DNA of 24,665 nucleotides from Fidelibacterota bacterium (GTDB taxonomy: Bacteria; Fidelibacterota; Marinisomatia; Marinisomatales; S15-B10), in contig PBTS01000017.1 in assembly GCA_002729175.1 (NCBI GenBank), forward strand, positions 1-24,665. Reading direction: 5' to 3'. Shown here piece by piece: positions 1 to 8,645 of this stretch (positions within the stretch are counted from its first letter, which is position 1; each line of letters begins with the position of its first letter). The notes below the pieces were generated by a model. It saw only the letters and a list, made by a program, of their open reading frames with translations, was not told the DNA's origin and searched no databases. Position numbers and translations under genes: made by a program.

Positions 1-271
1 ATGCCTTGTGGAAATTCCGGCAACGTGAATAGTAACCGAGACCTTCCCAGAACTTGAGCAGTTCATCCTGAGTGGCCAACGCTACTGACTCAATTGAAGG
101 AAATCGTTCCACCCATTTTATGTAATATGGTATCACTGTGTCAACTTGTGTCTGCTGTAACATCACTTCTGAGAGCCAGATTTTGTAAGAGTCCTCCTCT
201 CCCCGCCACGGCAAATCCCTCCGGGCTTTGTCATACCACTGTAGAAGGAGCGATGAAAAACGATTGGGCAT
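1..271 (-). CDS. mutY: A/G-specific adenine glycosylase, N-terminal part (runs off the window start)
   Basis: Not in the ORF track. Manual translation from ATG at 271 gives MPNRFSSLLLQWYDKARRDLPWRGEEDSYKIWLSEVMLQQTQVDTVIPYYIKWVERFPSIESVALATQDELLKFWEGLGYYSRCRNFHKA, which has the MutY motifs RDLPWR, SEVMLQQTQV and WEGLGYYSR. Confidence 0.96.
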   Translation of the reverse strand, partial: MPNRFSSLLLQWYDKARRDLPWRGEEDSYKIWLSEVMLQQTQVDTVIPYYIKWVERFPSIESVALATQDELLKFWEGLGYYSRCRNFHKA

Positions 272-272
272 C

Positions 273-287
273 TTTGTAACCTACAAA
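273..287. promoter_or_regulatory. Imperfect palindrome TTTGTA-ACC-TACAAA, candidate operator overlapping a -10-like box of mutY
   Basis: Inverted repeat 1 nt upstream of the mutY ATG. It resembles the palindrome at 722-736. Confidence 0.5.
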
Positions 288-294
288 TTACGGA

Positions 295-720
295 TTAGCT
301 TGTTCGCAACAGCTCTTTTGAAAGACTCCACAGGAGTGACTCCAGAGATTCCTTCACTAGTTCCCGCTTCTCAGGTGGAAGATCGTCAAGAATTCGACTA
401 CCAAGATTTTCAATCCGCGCCTCAAACCGGAACATGACAGCCTGGCCTTCTTCCGTAAGAAATACATTAACAAGCCGCCTGTCATCCTCATCTTTTTTCC
501 TGAATGCCAAATTGTGTTTTTCCAGGTTTTCCATCAGTCGTGTCAGTGTGCTGTTATCTATGCCCAGCTTGCCGGCAAGTCTGCTCATGTATATGCCGTC
601 ATCGGGGACGGATGAAAGGATGAAACATTGGGCCAGGGTTTCTCCCCGCCCGCACACATCCCGGCGGTGGAGAGCATTTAGGGAAAGGGCTAGTTCATTC
701 AGCAGTTCGCCGAAATCCAT
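295..720 (-). CDS. MarR-family transcriptional regulator
   Basis: 141 aa with a winged HTH (LAGKLGIDNSTLTRLMENLEK) and the MarR wing motif DRRLVNVFLTEEG. Confidence 0.93.
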   Translation of the reverse strand: MDFGELLNELALSLNALHRRDVCGRGETLAQCFILSSVPDDGIYMSRLAGKLGIDNSTLTRLMENLEKHNLAFRKKDEDDRRLVNVFLTEEGQAVMFRFEARIENLGSRILDDLPPEKRELVKESLESLLWSLSKELLRTS

Positions 721-721
721 G

Positions 722-736
722 ATTGTAAGTTACAAT
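722..736. promoter_or_regulatory. Perfect palindrome ATTGTAA-G-TTACAAT, candidate MarR auto-operator
   Basis: 15-bp inverted repeat 1 nt upstream of the marR ATG, overlapping a minus-strand TAACTT -10-like hexamer. Confidence 0.6.
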
Positions 737-769
737 TAACTATCTGTTAGCAAAACTCTCAACTCAAAT

Positions 770-1669
770 TCATAAGAGGGTATTGAGTGCCCTTGTATGT
801 TCCGGACCGGAGCCGCAACAAGAACCGACAATTCTAGCTCCTGCGGTGATCGCTGCTCTCATGGCTTCGGTAAACTCTTCTACAGAGAAATATTCTTCAA
901 TAGTGCCATCCGGAGAGGGCATGGACTTCCCAAGGTTTGGATAGAGTCCTACAGGCAAATCCGTTGTATTTGAAAGAACCTCCACAGCCTTAACTGCATC
1001 AGGTAAGCGAGAGCAATTGACAAGTATTGCTGAAGCGTCTTCACCAGATACCATGGATACCGTTTCGGTCAGTGAACTGTTATCAAGCAGATGTTCCGGA
1101 TCCCTGATTATGAAACTCACCCACTTTGGTATATCATGTGATGATACGGCTTGCAGGGCACACCGGGCTTCATCGAGCCGACCCATGGTTTCAATAAGCA
1201 GAAAATCAACGCCATCTTCAACAAGCCAGTTACCCAGTTCCCGAAACTCCTCCAAGGCTGCGTTTTCGCCAGGGAAGAGATCAGGAAGGTAACAGTCTTC
1301 TAAAGGAGCCACGGAACCGGCCACAAAGTGGGCCTCTCCGGCAGCGTTTCGAGCAACTTCTACAGCTGTTCTGCACACCTTACGGGCCCGCCGTGTTGCC
1401 TCTTTTAAATCGTTGGACATCTTCCTAAATGTTCTGGTGGTTGTCCTGAAGGTGTTGGTAGTAACAACATCTGCACCGGCATCTAGGTATTCAGCGTGGA
1501 TTTCCTCAACAGTGGAAGGTGAATTCTCCAAAATAGCCGCTGACCAGAGAGGCAACCCCACATCCACATTTCTCATGAGCAACTGTGTCCCCATAGCGCC
1601 GTCAAGTAATAGCGGCGATCCCGTATCAAGTTGATCTGTAATATCTGAATTGCCTTTTCCTACAGCCAT
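770..1669 (-). CDS. Homocysteine S-methyltransferase family protein (stand-alone Hcy-binding domain, MmuM/BHMT-like)
   Basis: Motifs LLDGAMGT, LWSA, YLDAGADVVTTNTF, GVDFLLIET and LYPN, with Zn-ligand cysteines in VNC and GSCCG. Confidence 0.9.
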   Translation of the reverse strand: MAVGKGNSDITDQLDTGSPLLLDGAMGTQLLMRNVDVGLPLWSAAILENSPSTVEEIHAEYLDAGADVVTTNTFRTTTRTFRKMSNDLKEATRRARKVCRTAVEVARNAAGEAHFVAGSVAPLEDCYLPDLFPGENAALEEFRELGNWLVEDGVDFLLIETMGRLDEARCALQAVSSHDIPKWVSFIIRDPEHLLDNSSLTETVSMVSGEDASAILVNCSRLPDAVKAVEVLSNTTDLPVGLYPNLGKSMPSPDGTIEEYFSVEEFTEAMRAAITAGARIVGSCCGSGPEHTRALNTLL

Positions 1670-1690
1670 AATAATATCAGATCAAACGAG

Positions 1691-2026
1691 TTAAGAGATA
1701 CGCGTCCCTTCAGGAACATCATCATCAAGCTTAAGAAGGACCACCGGTTCACCTTCCGGGCAGGCACCCAGAATCAGAACCTCGGACTTAAACCCGGCTA
1801 CTTTCAAAGGCGGCAAGTTCGCAACACACAAAACCTTTCTGCCCAAAAGATCTTCTTTGGAATAAAGATCAGTGATTTGAGCACTGGACTTCTTTTTCCC
1901 AAGAGGCCCAAGATCCACAATAATCTTATATGCTGATGTTTTTGCCTCAGGAAAATCGTCCGCCGAAAGAACACGGCCCACCCGTATATCCAGAGCTTTA
2001 AAGTCCGAAAGAGTTATCATACTCAC
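1691..2026 (-). CDS. csaA: tRNA-binding / secretion chaperone CsaA (OB fold); start is GTG 2026 or ATG 2020
   Basis: DFKALDIRVGRVL, SSAQIT, VANLPPLKVAGFKSEVLILG; 111 aa. Confidence 0.9.
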   Translation of the reverse strand: MSMITLSDFKALDIRVGRVLSADDFPEAKTSAYKIIVDLGPLGKKKSSAQITDLYSKEDLLGRKVLCVANLPPLKVAGFKSEVLILGACPEGEPVVLLKLDDDVPEGTRIS

Positions 2027-2029
2027 TTT

Positions 2030-2821
2030 TCAATAAATGGGGATAACCAACCGCACCATAATAGGTCGGCTATCTCTTTCTGGAACCAATCTTGAAGAAT
2101 CACCATTGCTAGCAGTTCGGTAGGCTGCGGCAAATCCCCGCCCCACAATAGTACCAAGAGCTGCTCCGGCTATAACGTCCGTCAGCCAGTGCTCATTATC
2201 GTGGATGCGGTGAACGCCTACCAACCCCGCAATCAGATAAGCCGGCACGCCGGCTTTTTCACCATAAAGCTCATCAACAACAGCTGCCACCGCAAAACTT
2301 CCTGATGTGTGACCGGATGGGAATGACCGCCTATTTTCACTGTTGGGGCGCAACCTTCCTGTAGCTTTTTTTATAACGATCGTAGTCATCATAGTAACAC
2401 CTATGGCTGAAGAAGAAAAGAGCAACCGATCCATTTTTTCATCCCGCGTACCGGATTTCAGTGCAGCCAGCCCCAGCAGTACCGGGTATGCCCACCTACC
2501 TCCGTAAAGATCAAGCTGGTGAGAAAGTGTATTGGACATGAGGCCGTGTTTCTGGCTGTATCGCTGTATGTCATCATCGTAATTACGCAGCGCAAAAATC
2601 GAAACAGCAGCGGTGCCGAGTAGGGTCAGATTCTGAGAAGATGTGAATGCCTCGGTTATACCGTCCATGAGATAATCAGAAGTGTTTAATTTTGCCGACA
2701 GAACAGTCGTACAAAAAACAAACCATAACAATGCTTTTCTCAATGTCTTTTTTCTCGTGGCGACTTTTTCAACAGGTCCATGAGTGAGGGCGTTTCGGAG
2801 GTCACTTCCATTGGGAAGCAA
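2030..2821 (-). CDS. PAP2-family membrane phosphatase; true start uncertain, possibly TTG at 2743
   Basis: PAP2 motifs KKATGRLRP, SFPSGH and RIHDNEHWLTD, with several hydrophobic segments. Confidence 0.88.
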   Translation of the reverse strand: MLPNGSDLRNALTHGPVEKVATRKKTLRKALLWFVFCTTVLSAKLNTSDYLMDGITEAFTSSQNLTLLGTAAVSIFALRNYDDDIQRYSQKHGLMSNTLSHQLDLYGGRWAYPVLLGLAALKSGTRDEKMDRLLFSSSAIGVTMMTTIVIKKATGRLRPNSENRRSFPSGHTSGSFAVAAVVDELYGEKAGVPAYLIAGLVGVHRIHDNEHWLTDVIAGAALGTIVGRGFAAAYRTASNGDSSRLVPERDSRPIMVRLVIPIY

Positions 2822-2846
2822 ATTTACGTGAAACAGGAAAGAGGTA

Positions 2847-3452
2847 TCAGCTGATTTCCGGTTTCAGACTTTCAAAATCTTTCACGAATTGCCCGTGGGA
2901 TCGATAGTGGATCACCGTCATTCCCATCTTTTCAGCTATTGCCACATTTTCCATATGGTCATCCACAAACAAACTTTCAGATGAATTGGCATTTGCTACT
3001 TTCAACATGGCATTGAAAAAACGTTCATCCGGCTTTCGTGCCCTTACCTCAAATGAATAGACGGCGCCGGCAAAACCGTCCATTTTAGATCTCACACCGC
3101 CGAGATTAATGTGGTGTTGATTGGTGTTTGAGGCGAGCCAGACAGGAATTTTTTTCGACAGCTTCTGAGCATAGTGGAAAGTTTCTGTTACATCACCCAG
3201 CATGCTCCGCCAATAATCAAAGAACTCTGTCTGCGTAAGTTTTTTCTCAGACGAAATATTCGCCATGACGCTGGAAAAGAATTGTTCATCCGTCAGTTTC
3301 CCCTTTTCGTAGTCATCATGCACCTCCCCGGACAAGGCCGACACTATTACGGCAGTTTCCTCACCGATGGTACGGGTAAGCTGGGAGACAACATCTTCGG
3401 GATAAATATTCAGGATTACATTCCCGATATCAAAAAAGAGAGTCCTGATCAT
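2847..3452 (-). CDS. HAD-superfamily phosphatase (YihX-like)
   Basis: Motif I FFDIGNV, motif II ASNTN, motif III RKPD and motif IV FVDD. Confidence 0.9.
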   Translation of the reverse strand: MIRTLFFDIGNVILNIYPEDVVSQLTRTIGEETAVIVSALSGEVHDDYEKGKLTDEQFFSSVMANISSEKKLTQTEFFDYWRSMLGDVTETFHYAQKLSKKIPVWLASNTNQHHINLGGVRSKMDGFAGAVYSFEVRARKPDERFFNAMLKVANANSSESLFVDDHMENVAIAEKMGMTVIHYRSHGQFVKDFESLKPEIS

Positions 3453-3502
3453 TGGGGGTTTAAACTGTCCGAGAATTCAGGGAGGAGTGCTGGCAGCGCC
3501 TC

Positions 3503-4582
3503 TCAGCCCAACACCAGTAAATCCTTGGGTGTCTGGTTGAGTATTTCGCACCCATCCTTCTGGATGAGTACATCATCTTCGATCCTTACTCCGCCAAACT
3601 CAGGTATATAAATCCCCGGTTCGATGGTCATGAGATAGTTCTCATATACGGAATCTTTACTTAACTGAGAAAAACGGGGGTTGGTATGAATCTCCAGTCC
3701 CAAGCCGTGCCCAGTTCCGTGATCAAAATATTCACCGTAGCCTTTCTCGTTGATGTGGTCACGGCATGCATCATCTACCTCTTTGCACGCCACCCCATCT
3801 CTGGCTGCTTCACAACCCAGTTGCTGTGACTCCTGAACGGTTTCATAGATTTCCCGGTGTTTGGTCGTCACTTCTTTAACCACAACAGTCCGGGTCATGT
3901 CAGCATGATATCCGTCATATTTTGCCCCAAAATCGAGGACCACAAAATCACCGGCCTGAATTTCCCGATCACCCGGGCGGGCGTGAGGAAGAGCTGAGTT
4001 CGGACCTGCCGCTATGATGGAATCGAAGGCGTCCGCTTCAGCTCCCAGCATTTTATACGTATAAGAAATCTTGGCGGCAATCTCTTTCTCCATAACGCCC
4101 GGACGGATCTCAGGAGCAATTTGATCAAAAGTTTGGTCTGTGATTTCAACAGCCGTTCGCGTGGCGCGGATCTCAGACTCATCCTTAACCATGGCAATTC
4201 GTTCAACAATTTCGCTGGTAGCTTTCCAGTCACACTCCGGAAAAGTGAGCCTTAATTTTTCCATGTCACTGACACTTACATGATCCCCTTCAAAAGCAAT
4301 TTTTTGCTTTCCTTTGAAAACATTATGTTTATGAAGAATCTGAATATGCGGGTCGCTACCGATGAGGATCTCCATTTCCTTCACTTGCTGTTTTGACTGA
4401 GTGTCGTATCGGCCATCTGAAACAAACCAGGTCGCATCTTCCAGAATGAGGCAACTTCCGGCTGAACCTGTAAAACCTGACAGATACCTGACATTGGTAA
4501 TGTAGGTAACGTACATCCCATCAAGCTCTTCCTCAGCGAGACGGGATCTCAGTTTTTTAATCCGGGATTCGGTAAGAGACAA
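3503..4582 (-). CDS. Xaa-Pro aminopeptidase/dipeptidase (M24B, YqhT/PepQ-like), TTG start
   Basis: Creatinase-N region (NVRYLSGFTGS, DGRY) and metal motifs LDFGA, ADMTRT, HGTGHGLGLEIH, TIEPGIY and GVRIEDD. Confidence 0.95.
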   Translation of the reverse strand: MSLTESRIKKLRSRLAEEELDGMYVTYITNVRYLSGFTGSAGSCLILEDATWFVSDGRYDTQSKQQVKEMEILIGSDPHIQILHKHNVFKGKQKIAFEGDHVSVSDMEKLRLTFPECDWKATSEIVERIAMVKDESEIRATRTAVEITDQTFDQIAPEIRPGVMEKEIAAKISYTYKMLGAEADAFDSIIAAGPNSALPHARPGDREIQAGDFVVLDFGAKYDGYHADMTRTVVVKEVTTKHREIYETVQESQQLGCEAARDGVACKEVDDACRDHINEKGYGEYFDHGTGHGLGLEIHTNPRFSQLSKDSVYENYLMTIEPGIYIPEFGGVRIEDDVLIQKDGCEILNQTPKDLLVLG

Positions 4583-5338
4583 TCAGGCGCTCCCACTGGA
4601 CTTGAGAAGATCCATGATTATTTTCTTCTCCTTCGCAATGCGTTTTTTGTCCACGCCCTGTTTACTGGACATTTTGGCCAGCACTTCCAGCGCCTGCTCA
4701 TAGAGCTTTTGACTTTTCAGCACCGCCACCAGTGTGAAGGTAGCCAGTTTGGGGGAAACTTCCAGTTCAGACAATGCCACCGCCTCGGCTGTTGCTGGCT
4801 TTTTTCTCATCGCCCGTTTTTTCGGTGGAGATTTTTTTGCCACCTGTTTTTTTTTCACTGTTTTTTTTACGAGCTTCTTTGGCTTTGGTTTGATGGCTTT
4901 TGCCGCTTGCTGTTTTTTCCGGGGTTTTCGCGATCTTTTCTTTTTCAGTTCCCCTATCGCTTGAAGTGCCAGTTTATTGCCGGGATCCATTTCCAGAATA
5001 GCGTTGTAACACTTCATCAGGATCGCTTGAGACCGTTTGAGGCCTGATTGAACTTCAGCCAGCAAGAGATAGGCGTTGAAGAAACTGGGGTCAAGCTCAA
5101 TAATCTTTTTCAAGCAAAGTTCGGCGTGTTGCAAATCTTTCCTGGCCATGAGGACGCGTGCCTGAAGAAAAAGCCCTGGCAAAGAATCTTTATAATAACC
5201 AAGACCTATTTCACAGACCTGACTGGCCCGATCCAAATCTTCGTTCAGCAGATAGTGCTCAGACAAAACAGGAAACAGGGTGGTGTCGAAATTATCAGCG
5301 AAATAGAATTCCAGATGTTCAAGGTTGGTTAAATCCAC
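4583..5338 (-). CDS. TPR-repeat protein with a Lys-rich low-complexity linker, GTG start
   Basis: TPR-like helices (LKKIIELDPSFFNAYLLLA, YNAILEMDPGNKLA), a basic stretch of about 50 aa, and a C-terminal TFTLVAVLKSQKLYEQALEVL helix pair. Confidence 0.75.
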   Translation of the reverse strand: MDLTNLEHLEFYFADNFDTTLFPVLSEHYLLNEDLDRASQVCEIGLGYYKDSLPGLFLQARVLMARKDLQHAELCLKKIIELDPSFFNAYLLLAEVQSGLKRSQAILMKCYNAILEMDPGNKLALQAIGELKKKRSRKPRKKQQAAKAIKPKPKKLVKKTVKKKQVAKKSPPKKRAMRKKPATAEAVALSELEVSPKLATFTLVAVLKSQKLYEQALEVLAKMSSKQGVDKKRIAKEKKIIMDLLKSSGSA

Positions 5339-5346
5339 AGCTTATT

Positions 5347-5757
5347 TCACTCCTTCCAGCGATTTGTTTGTACCCAGTAGGTAATGTAGTCAATAGTCTC
5401 CTGAATCGGTGTACCTGGACCAAAAAGTTTCCCTACACCTTGTTTAGACAGCTCTCCCATATCTTTTTCAGGAATGATCCCGCCACCGGTAATCAAAACG
5501 TCATCCATACCATTCTCCGTCATCAGTTCTTTTACTCTCGGAAAGATGGTCATGTGGGCACCGGAAAGAATTGAAAGCGCAATGACATCCGCATCTTCCT
5601 GCAGTGCCGCATTAACAATCATCTCAGGCGTTTGCCTCAGACCCAAATAGATAACTTCCATGCCAGCATCTCGGTAGGCCCTGGCCAACACCTTAACACC
5701 CCGGTCATGTCCATCAAGACCGGGCTTAGCCATCACTATACGTATCTTTCTTTCCAC
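5347..5757 (-). CDS. Cobalamin-binding subunit of an acyl-CoA mutase (methylmalonyl-CoA mutase C-terminal domain), GTG start
   Basis: [11 protein letters not shown] (DxHxxG), [15 protein letters not shown] and FGPGT; 136 aa. Confidence 0.95.
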   Translation of the reverse strand: MERKIRIVMAKPGLDGHDRGVKVLARAYRDAGMEVIYLGLRQTPEMIVNAALQEDADVIALSILSGAHMTIFPRVKELMTENGMDDVLITGGGIIPEKDMGELSKQGVGKLFGPGTPIQETIDYITYWVQTNRWKE

Positions 5758-5853
5758 GGAACCGATAAAGTCTAAAAAAAGTTCAGATCATTCTAACCGG
5801 AGGGCAATTTCGCAACGTCTCCACAAAATCAGAAGCGAAATTACCAGCACCCC

Positions 5854-5882
5854 TTGTGATTCTGTAAACGCAAAAGTACATT
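5854..5882 (+). promoter_or_regulatory. Putative sigma70 promoter TTGTGA-N17-TACATT, 6 nt before ATG 5889 (leaderless geometry)
   Basis: Hexamers at 5854-5859 and 5877-5882 in the divergent intergenic region. Confidence 0.5.
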
Positions 5883-5888
5883 TGTAAC

Positions 5889-6686
5889 ATGAGGGTAATG
5901 GGAAGATTACTGCTTTTCTTTTCTTTTTGTTTTGGTGCATTCGATCGCCAGCCCCTTTTACCTCTTCAGATCGCCGGCGGGACAGTTTTCCAGTCTTTAG
6001 GAACAACTGGTAATTTTTTCAGTGATCCTGCTTCGCTCCTCAAGGTTGGCGGCATTGTATCCGTGATAACGTCTAAACCGTTCAGAATTGTCTCATTGTC
6101 AGACAGATCCTTCATGGTTTCCTACCCTTCAGCCTATGGGAATCTGGGATTTTCTGTCCAGACGTCCGGTCTTTCAATTTATCGTGAAACGACAGTCGCC
6201 GCAGCAGCAGCTCGGAGATTCGGTGAAAGTCTGAATGCTGGGCTGCGCCTCTCCGTTCATCAGATCGATATTAAAAATTATGGGGCTCAGACAGTTCTTT
6301 CCCTGTCAGGCTCTTTGTTTTATCCCCTTTCAGAAACCGTCAGCTGGAGCCTTTTGGGATTCAATCTCAACGGGCCTCGTCTGGGTCAGTCACAAGAACC
6401 GCTCCCACAAATTCTCGCCACCGGTTTCAGGTACTTACCGGCGGGGCCACTTCAGGCACTTATCGAAATTGAGAAAGATCTCGCTCACCGGCCGCGGCAA
6501 AAGTTTGGTGTCGTTTGGGAAACTACATCATGGCTTACACTTGCTACAGGTTATGCTAACAATCCGGACCAGGCAAGTTTTGGCTTTTCACTACAGCTTT
6601 CACAAATCACCGTTGACTATGCAATCGCTTCACATCTCCATCTTCCTGAAACGCACACTCTGGCTATTCATTTTCGCCTCCCTTGA
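5889..6686 (+). CDS. Putative outer-membrane beta-barrel protein (PorV/PorQ/FadL-like style)
   Basis: N-terminal signal-like segment, an FSDPASL motif resembling the NPAxL of this barrel class, amphipathic strands (GFGFS-type, TVDYAI) and a terminal strand LAIHFRLP. Confidence 0.6.
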   Translation: MRVMGRLLLFFSFCFGAFDRQPLLPLQIAGGTVFQSLGTTGNFFSDPASLLKVGGIVSVITSKPFRIVSLSDRSFMVSYPSAYGNLGFSVQTSGLSIYRETTVAAAAARRFGESLNAGLRLSVHQIDIKNYGAQTVLSLSGSLFYPLSETVSWSLLGFNLNGPRLGQSQEPLPQILATGFRYLPAGPLQALIEIEKDLAHRPRQKFGVVWETTSWLTLATGYANNPDQASFGFSLQLSQITVDYAIASHLHLPETHTLAIHFRLP

Positions 6687-8484
6687 ACTGACCTCTACTG
6701 AGGCGCAAACCCTGGAGGATATTCTATCCACCCTTGTTGTGGATGAGGAAGAAAATGTTCTTTCTATGGAAGAACTGGAAATGCTGGAAAGCCTCGTTCG
6801 CCAGCCTGTTAACCTGAACAACGCCGGAAAAAGGCGGCTGGAGATGATCCCACTCTTTACGCTGGCTGACATTCAATTGATCCTGGCTGAACGGCGAAAA
6901 AAAGGAAAGTTTCAGTATGTTGACGAAGTGGCCGAAATCTCCGGCTTATCACTCATTGCGCAACAGTTACTTCCCCTTATTGCCACGGTGGAACGAGTGG
7001 GACCTGTTTCAATGGCTTTTAGAAACAGGTGGGCCACTTCCAATGAAGATTATCGTTTGCTGAACCGCGCTCTGTTTGTCGTTGGCGAGACCTCCGGTGG
7101 GATTGTTGTAGAGAGGGATCCCCTTGAACCGACCCTGGCCGATTTTATCTCAGCCCACACCAAATTTAAGACAAGGCAAGGCGTGGAAGTAATTGTAGGT
7201 GACCACAGGGTAGAATCAGGCTACGGCCTGGTTTTCGGACGAATCTCCCGTCCAATGAAGGGCGGTTGGCAGGTCACTTCAGTCTCCCGGGCAGGGCGAG
7301 GACTCCGTTCCTACCAATCTTCATCAGAGTATTGGGGACTCCGAGGCCTCGGTCTGCGGACTGAGAATTCTTTTGGCCGATGGACAGCTTCCGTCTCATC
7401 TTCACCTGCCGATGCCATTATAAAAGAAGACCAGGTAGTGTCCGTACAGCGAAGCGGTCTTCACAGCTCAGCAACTTCAATGGCCCGAAAGCACAATATC
7501 CGGGAAGAGATTCTCCTCTTAAACTGGGAGTCGACATTCAGCAACGGTCAAATCGGTGCAACGGCCGTTACAAACGGCTGGCAAATTCCCTCTGCTAATC
7601 GACAGTTTGAAGAAAGTTATCTTTCTCAGTACGGTGATGTGCCTCTCTTGAGCGGTTCACTGTTTTGGGAAGCCGCTACAACACCTGAGGGTAAAAGTGC
7701 CTGGCTCGGCGGTGTAACTCAAAACACACGTTCTGTCAGATGGATCTCCATGCTAAGGCATTACCCCGAAGAATGGCACACTCCGAGAAGTACCCCTTTT
7801 AGTGAATGGAGCGACAATGAGCTGAATGAGACAGGCATCTATCAGGCTATGGTGCTACGTGTAGGACAGTTACGGATTTCTTCCTACGGTGACCTGTATC
7901 GTGAATACATGGCTGATGAGACAGGTCAACAACCTATAGTCGGCGCTGAGACGGCCGTCATGGCCGATTACCGATGGCGGGGAGGGAAAAATGTTGTGTT
8001 CAAATGGAAAAGCGAAGAGAAAAGTCTGGAAGATAGACTTTACTTTCCTAAGGAGACTATCGCCCCCAGGAAGATGCGGCAGGCTACCCGTCTCCAGGGC
8101 AATACGAAGCTGGGTCGCACCATAAGAATCCGTCTGCAAGTGGACCATGTTGGATCAGAAGATAGCCACGGGCAAAATGACGGCAACAGTCTTTCCTTCA
8201 CGGGAGCGTGGGATACCAAACAGCACCACCTCTCTTTTCAATGGATCGTCTTCAATACATCAGATTACTCTTCCAGGGTTTATGTTTGGGGCCTTAACCT
8301 CCCTGGCGAGATGAGAAACTACGCCTATTACGGAAATGGGCACTCTGCTACATTGCGCTACCGGTTCTTGACCGTTACCGGTACGTCTGTCTCTTTTCGA
8401 GCACGAAGCTCTTGGGAGAATGAAAACGGTAAATGGAGCCCTCCCCGGTGGGAAGGCGGGTTCCAGATGGACCTAACTCTCTGA
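6619..8484 (+). CDS. ComEA-like helix-hairpin-helix domain protein fused to a probable outer-membrane beta-barrel
   Basis: Likely start is ATG 6619 (MQSLHISIFLKRTLWLFIFAS...AQ, signal-peptide-like). It has an HhH domain PVNLNNAGKRRLEMIP...ERRKKGKFQYVDEVAEISGLS, a GDHRVESGYGLV motif, a beta-rich body and the terminal strand GGFQMDLTL. Confidence 0.75.
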   Translation: MQSLHISIFLKRTLWLFIFASLELTSTEAQTLEDILSTLVVDEEENVLSMEELEMLESLVRQPVNLNNAGKRRLEMIPLFTLADIQLILAERRKKGKFQYVDEVAEISGLSLIAQQLLPLIATVERVGPVSMAFRNRWATSNEDYRLLNRALFVVGETSGGIVVERDPLEPTLADFISAHTKFKTRQGVEVIVGDHRVESGYGLVFGRISRPMKGGWQVTSVSRAGRGLRSYQSSSEYWGLRGLGLRTENSFGRWTASVSSSPADAIIKEDQVVSVQRSGLHSSATSMARKHNIREEILLLNWESTFSNGQIGATAVTNGWQIPSANRQFEESYLSQYGDVPLLSGSLFWEAATTPEGKSAWLGGVTQNTRSVRWISMLRHYPEEWHTPRSTPFSEWSDNELNETGIYQAMVLRVGQLRISSYGDLYREYMADETGQQPIVGAETAVMADYRWRGGKNVVFKWKSEEKSLEDRLYFPKETIAPRKMRQATRLQGNTKLGRTIRIRLQVDHVGSEDSHGQNDGNSLSFTGAWDTKQHHLSFQWIVFNTSDYSSRVYVWGLNLPGEMRNYAYYGNGHSATLRYRFLTVTGTSVSFRARSSWENENGKWSPPRWEGGFQMDLTL

Positions 8485-8610
8485 ATCTCCACCATATGCC
8501 GGTATCTTGGAGCGACTGGTAATGTTCTATCCATAAAATTTCTGTTAATACGCTCAAAAAATGGCCTTAGAGACAGTATTTATAGATGATTTAAAAAAAC
8601 GTACTGCACT

Positions 8611-8639
8611 TTGCAGATTGTTTTCTCTCTGAATAAATT
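8611..8639 (+). promoter_or_regulatory. Putative sigma70 promoter TTGCAG-N17-TAAATT, 6 nt before GTG 8646 (leaderless geometry)
   Basis: Hexamers at 8611-8616 and 8634-8639, with an AT-rich upstream tract. Confidence 0.55.
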
Positions 8640-8645
8640 CTTCCT

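Noticed and set aside
94..739. Short plus-strand ORFs over mutY/marR, and the other short antisense or nested ORFs in the track
   Set aside because: They lie opposite or inside well-supported genes and have no motifs of their own.
6235..6618. 128-codon N-terminal extension of the HhH/barrel ORF overlapping the upstream gene
   Set aside because: The extension has no recognisable protein features, and a signal-peptide-like start exists at ATG 6619. It is most likely just an open alternate frame.
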